NCBI RefSeq assembly: GCF_009914755.1
Contig: NC_060945.1
Length of the DNA: 64,000 nt
Source of the DNA: the human T2T-CHM13v2.0 reference genome, Homo sapiens
Strand: one strand, 5' to 3'
The notes below the pieces were generated by a model. That model searched no databases. It worked only from the letters and a program-made list of their open reading frames with translations, and was not told the origin of the DNA. The position numbers and the translations under genes were made by a program. Position 1 is the first letter of the stretch; each line of letters begins with the position of its first letter. This document shows, one piece after another, positions 22,594-35,594 of the stretch.

Positions 22594-23234
22594 GACATCA
22601 TAAATGTCTGTTGTTTGCAACTAAATAATCTTAAATCTACAGGAAGTGATGAAAGTAAGTTCTGATATCTCGAGGGAATTTTCCACTTGGAAGAGAGGAA
22701 GGAATAGCACAGTTAAATGGATAATTTATAAAAAGAAGTGTTGACCTACATATTTATTTAGGTAATGGAAATACCTTAATATCTCTGAAAATTATCTAGT
22801 TATTTTGACCTATGTGCTTTTTAAAATGTCCATATTGATGATAAGGAGTGGCTTTTCATTCCGGTAAATTCATTCTGCTTTGAATTATGTAATTTAACAT
22901 GTATTCAAATTACTTCTATTTAAAAGTACACAAATTGATCTCATTTTCACTTGGCATTTTAATTTATCAATACCTGTGTGGATATTTCACAGTATTTTCA
23001 GTACAGGAAATTTCCTTCCAAACAGTAGAGATTAGATACATGTATTGTATAAGATGGTATATTTATATTGCCATAAATGGATACGTTAAAAATAATGTCT
23101 ACTTCAAGAAAGATTGTGGGACTTTATTTTGTTAAAGTAATATTTTGGATTTCCTACATTTTTATGTCATTATTTTGAAACAAATTTATATGCGTACCAT
23201 TAATTATTATTGAATTTAAAACTGCTTGAAGATG

Positions 23235-23929
23235 TATATCATTCTGGGATCAATTAGGATACAAGACCCACATTGTAATTTTAACAGAGAAAGTTTAATA
23301 TAAAAATTAATAACTATAACCTACCTACGTTACCAACCAAGTGAAAAAAGAACTCTAAACAATAGTGGAATTGTAGATATAGGAAACAGCCATTACCTGT
23401 GGGCCTAAGGCAAGAGCATCAAAGGAAGAAACAAATCTGGAGTAAGTACCCTTCTCTGCCATTTGAGAGGCTGGGGTCACGGCCATGGCCCATTGATTAG
23501 TGGAAAAGTTCTCTGAGGAATATTGCCAGCAGAAATTGCTAAGAAGTTGTCTTCTGGGATGCTTGGGAAACTATCCACAGGGGCAGTTGCTTCATGGAAT
23601 TTGCTAGTAAGCTGCTTGAAGGGAGGCTGCCCTCTGAAATGCCAGGGGAAGCTGCCCATGCAAAGGTGCCATGCAGCAGAGCTCACTGGAGGGTGGCCCT
23701 ACTGCATTTTCCGTGCCCTGCTATATGCTGTGTACCACAGGAGCAAGCAGAGAAAAACACTGGAAACAAGCCCTGTTTTCCTTCAGTGTTTCCTAGAGCC
23801 ATCTGCTGACAACACGAACATTGGGCATCTGACAGAGGAGAAATATTTATAAGGTTTAGCTCCAGTATCACAGGCAGAGCAATGGAGGATGGATTTGGAG
23901 CTGCAAGGCAATAAACTGGTAACTGAACA
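23235..23929 (-). mobile_element. ERVL LTR (LTR41/LTR52-like)
   Basis: Reverse complement starts 'tgttcagttaccagtttattgccttgcagctccaaatccatcctccattgctctgcctgtgat'; left boundary approximate. Confidence 0.65.
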
Positions 23930-26461
23930 AAGTAAGTAGAATTGCTTTTTTTTTTCCTAAGTGAAAACAAGGGGTCTTGCAAGACTTGGAATTCACAGAT
24001 TTATCCAACAAGGGAAAACAGTAAAATTTTACATATGGCTTCATATAGTTGTTTAAACTTCATAAACAAGAATCTAGTTAATGTTTAGTTTTTGGAATAT
24101 TCCTTTGAAATATTTAAGTGCATTTATGCAGTGAAAGTGTCAGAATTCTCAGTTTTAGCCTGTGAATATGCTCTATTGGAGAATTTTTTTTTAAATAAAA
24201 GATACTGCCTGGTCATAAACAGTTCATTCCCTAGGGGGAATGTCTGTGGTTTCTTAAAAATTGAGTTGGGGTAGTATTTGCATGGTTCAAGCCAAGCTGA
24301 TTTTGGTGTATTGCTGAATCATCCAAGACACGGAGTTGTATTCCATTTAACCTGATTGGATAGAAATAAACATACCATGTGTTGAGGTTGCATCTACAAT
24401 ACATTGTAAATTGTAAAGTGCTATGTAAATCTACTCTAGAAGTATTTCTGTTTTGACTCTACTTTTTCTAATGTTATATAACTTTTATAACGTTTAAAAA
24501 ATTCTCTTTGTAAAATCATTCTTAACAGCTGTTGAAGTGATATCACAGAGCTCATCAGAGAGACCAATTCAAAATACTATTTATAACTCTCTGTGACTGT
24601 AGGAGTTTACTATAAAATAACAGCTTCTAGATGTCATCTAGAGGAAAACTAACTCTTTCCCAAGTGGGCCTGAACGTTATTAGAACTTCAGATAGCTGTC
24701 ACCCCTTAGGCATTTCTGCAGAAATACCGTCATTTCATATTACACTTGTAATGTTCTGAATCTTTATTGTCCAGAGTTTGTTTTGCAGTGGCTGTAGAAC
24801 CAATCAAAGAGGAATGAAATTGAAGTAATGGCTTGCTATTTCCCAGTGTATTCCACAGAAATATGATGAAATCCTATCATCAGAATGAATGTTTTATAAA
24901 ATTGAGTTTATTTTTGTGCTAAGATTTCTAGAGTTTACCTTCTAACATAAGGTTCCAGCATATCCCGAATTTAATTTTAAAAGGCTTGGGAGTTTCCAAA
25001 TATCATTACCATATTTTCCAATCATGCACAACCAATTTGTAATTTAAGCAGAAAAGAAAATAGAGCATGAGTAAGGCTGAAGTGTTTGCATCTGATACAC
25101 CTGCCTAAACTGTGTAGCTGAAAGAGTGGATATTTCAGATACCACAGGGTGGAGCATGGGCCACTCTGTAACTCTATTGTAGAAACTGCTTTTTAAGTTT
25201 TCTGGAGTAGAGTTGTTATTTAATTAAGTAATATAGATCCCCCTCTAAAAATTAGTCCCCTCCCAAATTCCTCATCTCTTAATTACTGTAAATACTGGTT
25301 TCATTTTGCTTGCAAGTAGTTTTCTGCTTCCTACATTTTTGAGGTTTACTAATTTGGAAAGAATTATAATTTGTGTACTCTACCTCATATAACTCGGTAA
25401 TACTACAGAGTCCATGGTAGAAAAGTTTCATTTTCCGTGTTTTGGTCAATTTTCAAGAACTCTTATTCATAACATAGTCAGTTTTATTTGCTTTATAAGA
25501 CAATAATTTCTTACAAATACAAGAATGTTAGAACTGCCATTTAAGAGAAAAAAGCTTCCTGTCTTCCTTTATTTAAATATTAAAATTAGAAAATCCCTTT
25601 TGCCTAACAACATTCATCCCTGAGATTCAGATACCTTCAAATAAAACCAATAAAGGTGGAAAGTGACACATTTATCCTTTTACATTTGATTTAATGGAAA
25701 AGTTAGTCATCCACAATTTTTTTTCTCTTGAAAATAAAAACCAGACGAAAAAATCATGTTAAGGCAAATGGCCACACAATTTCAGATATTCAATGGTTTT
25801 GAAATCTCAATGGAGTCTTTCAATTGTTGCTTTTAAGAGAGAAAGGTTTACAAGAACTTTTATAGTCTTATCTCACAGGGAAAAATATTCTATAAAAAGG
25901 CTTATATTGCTTTTGAATCATGCCATTATCTCATAAATAAAGACTCAATAAAAATTGACTAAAAAAGAGAGAGAAAAGAAACAGTATTTAAAGTGAGATG
26001 GTATATTAAAAATGATCAAATTCAATAAAACCTTTTTGGGCTTGTTTTTCAAATAACTAGATACTAAGAACTCATTAAGGAAGAAAGGTAGTTCAGAGCA
26101 ACTAGAAAATTAATTAACTATTTAACTTAAAGTTTGATGGGCACTTGTCTTTAAGGGTTCCATTCTCACAAATAATATTCATAATTATGTTTGACAATAT
26201 TTGAATAATCCTGATTTACAAGCAATTAGGTATATAGGCACTTGTAAATGATTATGGGATGTATGTACAGGGATTGTAAGGGATGGTGAAAGAAAATATG
26301 CAAATGATTGTGGACAAATGAACCCCAATCCATAACACAGCTGACAATAATTGGTATACATGGAGTAGAACACATACATTTTTGACCCTAATTCTTAAGT
26401 TTTTAACCTACATTCCAGTCTCATGTTGTAAAAAGCCATTATTAATTGCTGTCATTAACTT

Positions 26462-26755
26462 TTTTTTTTTTTTGAGATGGAGTCTCACTCTGTTGCCCAG
26501 GCTGGAGTGCATTGGTGCTATCTTGGCTCACTGCAACTTCCGCCTCACAGGTTCAAATGATTCTCCCACTTCAGCTGCCTGAGTAGCTGGGATTATGAGC
26601 GTGTACCACCATGCTTGGCTAATTTTTGTATTTATAGTGGAGACAGGGTTTTACTATGTTGGCCAGGCTGGTCTTCTAACTCCTGATCCCAAGTGATTCA
26701 CCTAACTCGGCCTCCCAAATTGCTGGGATTACAGGTGTGAGCACTGCATCTGGCC
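26462..26755 (-). mobile_element. AluS element
   Basis: Full dimer; perfect 15-bp TSD tgctgtcattaactt at 26447-26461 and 26756-26770. Confidence 0.93.
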
Positions 26756-26869
26756 TGCTGTCATTAACTTCTTAGTGGTTGGTGCTGGGTGACCATTTGC
26801 ATAAATACATTTCATTAAATGGGAATTATAATTCATTAGCTATATTGAGCTGTCCCACTTCACCAACGT

Positions 26870-28015
26870 TTATAGTAAATCTGATACATAATAACGACTA
26901 TTAAATTCTTTGTCAGATAACTCCATCTGTGCCAGTTTGTTCTTGGCATCTATTGATTGTTTTTTACATCGTTCAAGTTGAGATTTTTCTGGTTCTTGGT
27001 AAAAGGATTCATTTGTGACTGTATCCTGGACATTTTGTGTGGTACGTTGTGAGACTGGATCTTATATAACTCTGTTCCACAGGTTCCTCTGAGGCTGGCA
27101 GGGGATGTGACAGGATCTCTTCATCACTGCCATGTGAAAACCAAATCCAGGTTCCCCACTAGGCCTCTGTAGACACCATGCTGGAGGGAGGTGGCAGGGA
27201 GGGGGTACCTCATTACTTCTGAGTAGGGTTGAGAATTTAGGCTTCCTATTCAACCTTTGCTGACACCTGCCTGGCTGGAATGCCTTCTTATTGCTTTCTT
27301 CACAGCTTCCACTGACACCACAGGGCAGGAGTGGAAGTGGCCTCACCCTTCTGCGGGCAGCGGGGAGAGTTTGGACTCTCCACTAGGCCTCCTCTGACGC
27401 CACTAAAGGGTGGAGGGGAAGATGCTTTAGTGCCACAGCATGAGGGTGTAAGTCCAGGCTCCCCATGTGCTCTTTGCTGACACCTGCAGAGTGGGGTGGG
27501 GTTTCTTATGTTTGATGGAGATGAACTTCCCAAATTCCCACACAGCCTTCTCTGACCACCCAGCAGGAGTGGAGTGTGCAGAGTGCCTGAGCAGCTGGGT
27601 CAGAGTGGAAATCTAGTCTTCCTACTCCACATTTGTTGATCTAAGAGGGGGTGAGACCACAGTTTTTTCTGGCCTATTTGTTTGGATGTGAGCTGTTATT
27701 TTTTAGTTTCCTTTTTTCTTATCCTTTTGGTGGAGAAAAACAGGCTTTTGTAGAGCTCTACTGTTTGTGACCATTAGCATTTCCTGATTGCTGGCATCTT
27801 CAGTTTCCAATCTGGAAAATATGAGGCGGATCTATATAATATATGAGACTCAGGTGTCTCACCATAGCACCATTCTTTGGGTCCATAGTCCTTAGCTAGT
27901 CTGTCCTCTCTCTGCCTTTGAGAGCCTTCTTATTTTGATTTATATATGGTGTTGAAGATATTTAGCTTTACTTAGTGGGAGAAATAAGGAAAAGTGCCTC
28001 TCCATGTTTCTAAAC
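26870..28015 (-). mobile_element. Ancient L1 5'-end region (L1M4/L1MD-like) with degenerate internal repeats
   Basis: 'tcagataactccatctgtgcc...ggcatctattgattg' followed by repeated 'gtccaggctccccac...ctttgctgacacc' units. Confidence 0.55.
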
Positions 28016-28275
28016 TGAGAAAGAGTTTTCAGTGATCCATAGTAGAAATAATAAAAGAAAATAAAGCTTTAGCTATATGGGAATAGGATGGAAGAAAGGT
28101 ACCAAAAAAGGCAAAGACAAAACAAAAAAGGGGGAGGGGGATGGCCATTGATTTGACTGAATCTGGTTAAACTGCACTTTGGCAATGATAACAGCATGTT
28201 CCCACAACAGTATTTTCCAACCTCGGCCACACTGTCCTCAAATATGCAGACTTACCCCATGCTATCCCCCAGGAT

Positions 28276-28885
28276 TGTGGCAGGCCAGGTTTCACTAACG
28301 CAGGCCTCCGTGACAACTGTTTCAGCACTGACTGAGTGGTTAAGTTAAATATTAAAAGCTAAAAAAGCCAGTGCCCTTATACAAAGGCTGGAATGTAACA
28401 AAAGCCCATTAAGAGTTTTTCCCAGACCTTTCCTGGGCCTTAAAGCGTGACAAAATAATGAAGGAATTCCTAACAGTACCCATTTAGGTTTAAACACGTT
28501 TTACTGGGGGTCTGAAGAAACTCCCCAAACCTCCGTGATTTAGCAGGAGACAAGATAAAGGTAATCACCCCAGCACCTGGACCCATTTAGACTAAATTTA
28601 CTGAGGCTCTAGAAGCAGGTCTTCAGGCCTCAGACCTTAGTTATAGATGAAAAGAAGTTAATCACTTATGTCTTTAGATGAATGCACACTTACACGTAGA
28701 CATATAGCTTAGAAGGTATATAAGCTCTGAAAAGCTTTGTAATTTTGAGTTGGTCTGGCGATCATTTCCAGGCCTTCTCCCTGTAACTGGTTACAGAAAT
28801 AAAAACTCTTCCTCCCCATTTCATCTGCATCTTGTTATTGGGCCCTGAAAAACAGCAGCCCGACCCTCAGCTTGGTCTGGAAACA
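28276..28885 (+). mobile_element. ERV1 solo LTR (LTR10C-like)
   Basis: TG...CA ends; 4-bp TSD ggat at 28272-28275 and 28886-28889; TATA-like gtatataag near 28717 and AATAAA at 28798-28803. Confidence 0.85.
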
Positions 28886-29196
28886 GGATGATAGGACATG
28901 AATGCCCAAATCTTTGGGGACAAACTGGCTGAACGATTGACTGTGGCTCACCGAATCTTTCTCCAGCATTTTTGCATAAGTCCTGGGTGGATCTGGCTTG
29001 CAGTGTGACTGCCTGCTTTTATGGTTGTGTGATAAACAAACTTCATTTGTTTATTTTCTTTTTTCTCTACCCATGCGCAAACTTGGCTTCTCTCATTATG
29101 GTTTCAGGCAAAAGCAATGTAAAGCTTGGTGTCACCAGAAATTTCATTCAAGACAGAATTTTGTGGTTTGACTAGACTTGTGAGCTCTGAGATTTT

Positions 29197-29501
29197 TTTT
29201 TCTTTTTTTTTTTTGAGACGGAGTCTCACTCTGTCACCCAGGCTGGAGCACAGTGGTGTGATCTTGGCTCACTGCAACCTCCGCCTCCCAGGTTCAAGTG
29301 ATTCTCCTTTCTCAGCCTCCTGAGTAGCTGGGACTACAGGAGCGCGCCACCACGCCCGGCTACCTTTTTTTTCTTGTATTTTTAGTAGAGATGGGGTTTC
29401 ACCATGTTAGCCAGGACGGTCTTGATCTCCTGACCTCGTGATCCACCCACCTCAGCCTCCCAAAGTGCTGGGATTACAGGCGTGAGCCACCGCGCCCGGC
29501 C
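29197..29501 (-). mobile_element. AluS (AluSc-like)
   Basis: Full dimer; 15-bp TSD gagctctgagatttt at 29182-29196 and 29502-29516. Confidence 0.93.
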
Positions 29502-29520
29502 GAGCTCTGAGATTTTGTTA

Positions 29521-29899
<379 letters not shown>

Positions 29900-30629
29900 T
29901 CAAGAAATCTAAAAATCCCCTATCCTTCAACTTTCCGATGTTCTGGCATCAAAGTCACAATTCCCATATTTGTTACATTAGAATCATACCTGATATTCAT
30001 TTCATGCTCTCTCAATTTACCCAGCTGGGGTGAGACTTTGGGAAATAAGATTGATGTTTAAAAACAAGATAAAATCATGACAGAGAAACCAGTAAATACT
30101 TATTTTACAAAACTTAACACCCAACATACTACCTTGGATCAGTGTTGGAATTTACTCCGCATATTCAATCAGGAAACTATAGTTTATTCAACCATGTGCC
30201 AAGTCTATAGTTTCAATATGTGCTTTTTTGCTCCACTTTAAAAAGTGAGGCAGGCCCTGAAAGAGTTCGAGGCAATTTCATTCACTATCTGTGTCCTATA
30301 TCACAAAACCTTGTGAATACTCTCTGCAAAGGGTGCTGAGATAAGGGAAAGTATCTTAAGTCAAGATCTGGACTGGAAAGGCTCATGATATTAATTTATT
30401 TCTAGTAGCAATGCAAGGAGAACTACACTTATCTTTTCACATATGAGTTGGGGCACATCGGGAACTTCATGAGAACATTTGTGAACAACTTCAGAAGCTT
30501 GCAATGGTCTCTGTCTAGTTTTACCATCTCAGTAGGGGTCATGCTTGAAGGACGAGGGTTACCTCCATTGAGTATTTGCATTTTGGAAGAAAATAGAGAT
30601 AATTGGTATCTCATTACATTTTAACACCT

Positions 30630-30690
30630 GTATCAGTGATTCGCACATAGTAGGTATTCAGTAGCATTTGTGCATTGACTAAATGCCTCA
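30630..30690 (+). mobile_element. L2 3' end fragment
   Basis: 'cacatagtaggtattcagtagcatttgtgcattgactaaatg'. Confidence 0.55.
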
Positions 30691-31294
30691 TTATAAAAAA
30701 TAATGGTCATTTTCAAGCATCACAGTCCCTAAAATACTAGATAGGACTCAAGCTGCTTACTGAGACCCTAAGAGATAACACAGCTCTTGGATATTTGGTC
30801 CAGTTGACAAACAACTGTAAAAGTCATGGGGTAATATTATGAAATATTAGAAGATGAGAGAGATTCCCTCATCGTTGCTTTTCTTTGTACTCTTTGCTTT
30901 TCACCCAATTAATCAACTACAATATTACTTATATCCTTACTTATTTCCCAAATATTAAATTACTGGCATTTTAGTCTCTTCCACATGTTTTTTTTAAAGA
31001 GTATTTTATGAGTAACACAAAACTGTCTGCCTGTCTATCAAAGTAATAAAGTTTCCTGGAGCTGAAGAAAAGAGATGAGTAAGATGGTGAAGCAACAAGT
31101 GAATAAATAGTGGGAGTCCCTTAGAGAAGGGAAACTTCACCTCTCCCGCATGAGGGATCATTCAGACACTCCAGATAGGTTTAGAGGATTGTAACAGAAG
31201 GAGTGCCTCATTTCCTTTCCTGTGTACAGCCCATGCAGGCATCAGTCTTACAGAATAGAAACCATTGTTTAACATACTTAATCAGATGGGTCTG

Positions 31295-31695
31295 TATATT
31301 ACTTATACTATACACTAGCCCATAATAACAGACCCAATCTAGTAATGGCTAGACAAAAAAGAGAAGTTTATTTCTTGATCAGCATCAGTCCTATTGGGTG
31401 TTCCAGAAGATGGCTTTCTAAATCATTCAGGAAGCAAGGTCCTTTCCAGCTTGTACAGCTTGTGTCTCTGCAACCTCGAGGGCTTTTCTTGTCTGTGTCA
31501 TGACAACAGAAGGGGAAATAACACAGAGTAGTGTGGGTCGGGGTGTGGGGCCAGGCCTGGAAGTGGTACCAGTTATTTCTGCTCATATCTCATTGGCTAA
31601 AACTCAGTTACCTGTCCACACCTCCCAACAAGGAAATATGGTATCTTTGTCCAGGAAAAAGACAAAATGGATTTAGATGGACAACTATCTCTGCT
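31295..31695 (-). mobile_element. Old MaLR LTR (MLT1L-like)
   Basis: 'gaagtttatttcttg...ggccaggcctggaagtgg...ctgctcatatctcattggctaaaactcagt'. Confidence 0.65.
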
Positions 31696-31749
31696 AAACG
31701 ATTTGGGCAACGATCTCTGCCAAACTTAAGATAACACGCTTTCCTCACA

Positions 31750-32223
31750 TCCCAGCATGATACCTGAGAAGTACGAATATGCCCTGAAACTAAGAGGAGT
31801 AAGGAAACAGCGAGAGATTATAGATAGCCTCATCTTGTAAGTCTCTGGCTGTGTGATGAGGAACGGGAGGATGATCTCATGGGAGTCAGCACTGAGAGAG
31901 TGTACCTGAAGAAACCCTGTGAATGGGGGACCAATGACTTAGCAGTGACCTGTTTGGACAGAAATCTACAGACCAAAATGAATGGTGGATTTCTCAGCAG
32001 ATCTCAGGAGATGCAAGTACAGATTATGACATGAGGGCCAGATGCCCTGCTCCTCTCACCCACCCCAGCATTTGAAACCCAATGGTAAGGCCATTCAATG
32101 GATATCAAATTGTTGTGATCTAACTGCTTGGAAGCTGGTAATAGAAAACAAACTAAGTATAGAAAAATAAAATTGTATTATGTGCACATCTGAATTTTTA
32201 TACTGAGTTTTGCATCCACCACA
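31750..32223 (+). mobile_element. Ancient LTR 3' part (LTR78-like)
   Basis: Ends 'aataaaattgtattatgtgcacatctgaatttttatactgag...caccaca'. Confidence 0.4.
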
Positions 32224-32477
32224 CGTATCTACTTATTATTTAAATCATATTGCAAAAGCAATTAAGGATCTCTTATGATTTACTGCTTTGAATACACTAG
32301 TCTTCTAAATGTCTTTATTAGTTTTTAAGAAATTTAGCTGCCATAAACATCCTTGAAATTGCATAAAGTAGTTATAGACCTTGATGTACAGATGTTCCTT
32401 ATTTCATAATGGATAAGGATAAAAGGCTCCCCACTTCCACTCAAGACTGATTCTTAGGCATATTATGTAATAACTTT

Positions 32478-32600
32478 GTGATTTGGGGTGAGTTACAATA
32501 TTTTTCTGTGCTCCAGTTTCCTTATCTGTACAATAGCAATATTGAACTACTTAATTCTTAGGATTAATGTGAGAATTAAATATGGGAATATATTAATGTG
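32478..32600 (+). mobile_element. MIR
   Basis: Core 'ctgtgctccagtttccttatctgtacaat...aggattaatgtgagaattaaat'. Confidence 0.75.
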
Positions 32601-33443
32601 TGTTCTATTTGTAGCCTCAAATTACCACCTCTTACTCCTACTTCAGCCTTTCTTCCACCTGAAATTATTATATTTATTAATTCTCCATGAGAATATACCA
32701 TCTTCTTTTCAAAATGAGACAAACACTCTCTTGGCTTGTAAGTTTTGACAAAAATATATACCTGTACAAACACCAATCTTATCAAGATATAGAACATCAT
32801 CCACAAAAGTTCCCTTCTGTTCCTTTGCAGTTAATTCCTCCCCACCCACCCCAATACCAGGTAGTCACTAACTTGCTTTCTGTCACTGTAGATTTGTTTT
32901 GCTAATTATATAATCTCATGTGAATGGAATCATACAGTTCAAATACAAACATTCAGGCCATAGCATCTGTCTTATTAATCAATTTTATAGGTTGTATAGG
33001 GCTAGCTCATTAGAGTTTCAATTTGCATCATTTTGATGATTAATCATGTTGAGTATTTTTTTATGGGTTTATTAGGCCATTTATATATATTTATTTGTGA
33101 AGTATCTTTTCAAATTTTTACCTTTTAAAATATTTTACTTTACTATTGAATTATAAGTGTTCTTTATATATTCTGGATGCATGTGATTTGCTGGATATAT
33201 GTATTGCAGATTTTTTTCTCCTAGCCTGTGGCTTTCATATTTATTTTTATAATTGTATCTTTCTAGGAGAAAATGCTTTCAAATCTGATGCAGTCTTTTT
33301 ACGTTTATGTCTGTGATCCATTTTAAGTTCATTTTCCTGCATGGTATGAGATGAACATTGAGAATAATTTGTCCAAAACTGATATCCAGTTGTTTCGGCC
33401 CTGTTTATTGAAAGAACTATCCTTTCCATGTTGAATTACCATA

Positions 33444-33988
33444 TGCATTAGTCAGGGTTCTCTAGAGGGACAGAACTAATAGGATAGATGTACATATGAA
33501 GGGGAGTTTATTAAGGAGTACTGACTCACATAATCACAAGGTGAAGTCCCACAATAGGCCATCTGCAAGCTGAGGTGCAGGAAAGACAGTCCAAGTCCCA
33601 AAACCTCAAAAGTAGGGAAGCTGACAGTATAGCCTTCAGTCTGTGGCTGAAGGCCCAAGAGCCCTTGGCAAACCACTGGTGTAAGTCCAAGAGTCCAAAG
33701 GCTGAAGAACTTGCAGTCTGATGTTCAAAGGCAGGAAGCATCCAGCACAGGAGAAAGATGAAGTCCAGAAGACTCAGCAAGTCACATCCTTCCAAGTTCT
33801 TCTGCCTAGTTTATTCTAGCTGCGCTGGCAGCTGATTAGATGGTGCCCACCCAGATTGAGGGTGGGTCTGCCTCTCCCAATCCACTAACTCAAGTGTTAT
33901 TCTCCTTTGGCAACACCCTCACAGACACACCCAGGAAGAATTCTTTGCATCCTTCAATCCAATCAAGTTGACAATATTAACCATCACA
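33444..33988 (-). mobile_element. MLT2A2-like ERVL solo LTR
   Basis: 'tgcattagtcagggttctctagagggacagaac...caatccaatcaagttgac...aaccatcaca', about 545 bp. Confidence 0.88.
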
Positions 33989-34494
33989 CCTTGGTATATT
34001 TCTTGAAAATCAATTGATTATATGATATATGAATCTATTTTTAGACTTTCTATTTATCTGTTCTTTCAGTTCAACATTCTAACTATGGTAGTGTATTATA
34101 AGTTCTGAAATCAGGTATAAAACTCTTTCAATTTTGTTTCATTTAAAAAAATTGGTTTGGCTATTCTATGCCTTTTACATTTTAATACTAACTTTTGAGT
34201 CTTTTCAATTTCTGCTTTCCACCTCAAGTTATTTTCTATTTGGGATTATGTTGGATCTGTGTATTAATTTGAGGAGAATTGATGTTTAACAAGATTTATT
34301 CTTCTTATACACAAACATGCTATATAGCTCCACTTATTATTTAGGAAATCTTTAATTTCTCACGTCATAGTTTTATAGTTTTCAATGTTTGAATTTTGCT
34401 CACGTTATTAAATTTTTCCTGAAGTGTTTTTGTGATAAGTACTTCATAATACATTATTACTATTTTTGCTTTAACCAGTCAATTATCTTTTAAA

Positions 34495-34939
34495 CAATTT
34501 TAATTGTGATAAAATACACATAAAAGTATTCTGTGTTAACCATTTTTAAGTGTACAAGTCAGTAATGTTACATATATCACATTGTTGTGCAAAGAATATC
34601 CAGAATGTTTTTATCTTGCAAAACTGAAACTCTATACCCTTAAACAACAACTCCTGATTTTCCTCTCCCTTTAGCCCATGGCAATGACCATTCTAATTTT
34701 AATTTCTATACATTTGACTATTTTAGATATCTCATATGAGTGGAATCATACAGTATTTACCATGGCTGGCTTACTTCACTTTGCATAACGTCCTTAAGGT
34801 TCATCCATGTTGTAGCATGTGACAGGACTTCTTTCCTTTGAAAGACTGAATAATATCCCATTGTGTGTGAATATATATATATGTATGTATATATATATAT
34901 GTGTATATATATATGTATGTGTATATATATATGTATGTG

Positions 34940-34993
<54 letters not shown>

Positions 34994-35261
34994 TGTATGT
35001 ATATATAGTATGTGTATATATATGTATGTGTGTATATATATGTATGTGTATATATATATGTATGTGTGTGTGTATATATATATATATATATAACATTTTA
35101 TTTGTTCATTCATTCATTGATTGACATTTGAGTTGCTTATACCTCTTGACCTTTGTGGATAATGCTTCAATAAATGTGGGTATGCAAATATCCCTTCAAG
35201 ATCCTTCTTTCAATTCCTATGGATAAATACCTAGAACTGGGATTACTGGATCATAGTTGAT
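34495..35261 (-). mobile_element. L1MB2/3-like 3' end insertion
   Basis: L1MB-type 3'UTR; 14-bp TSD aattatcttttaaa at 34481-34494 and 35262-35275. Confidence 0.8.
34862..35092. repeat. Compound (TA)n/(TATG)n/(TG)n microsatellite inside the L1MB element
   Basis: About 230 bp of alternating purine-pyrimidine sequence. Confidence 0.97.
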
Positions 35262-35594
35262 AATTATCTTTTAAAGACATTTTTAAAATAGTAAAAGAAA
35301 ATAAATTGTAATTATCTACATCTTTAGCATTTTTGGCAGCTTTTATTCCTTTGTATAAATTCTAGTTTTCATCTGATATTATTTTCCCTCTGCCTGAAGT
35401 AGTTCCTCTAATAATTCTCATTGTGTGTATCTGCTGGCAATGAATTCCCTAAACTTTTATTGTCTGAAATATTTAATTTTGTATTTATTTTTGAAATATA
35501 CTTTTGTATAGAGAATTCTAGGTTGATGTGTCTTTATTTTCTTCTTAGAATGAGATATCAGTGGCTATTTTGTTTCCCTGGTTAGCTCTATAAA

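Larger units (their letters stand above)
32720..35550 (-). mobile_element. Old L1M fragments hosting MLT2A2 and L1MB insertions
   Basis: Degenerate L1 3'UTR and ORF2 text; boundaries approximate and possibly more than one element. Confidence 0.65.

Noticed and set aside
27135-27645. Possible CRISPR-like repeat-spacer array
   Set aside because: Units are highly degenerate and irregularly spaced, the context is primate DNA, and there are no cas genes
28276-28885. p53 or AP-1 enhancer activity in the LTR10-like element
   Set aside because: I could not find a convincing full p53 site or a TGAGTCA array in this copy
34757-35124. Overlapping Tyr/Ile/His/Cys-rich ORFs on both strands
   Set aside because: Artefact of a stop-free TA/TG microsatellite
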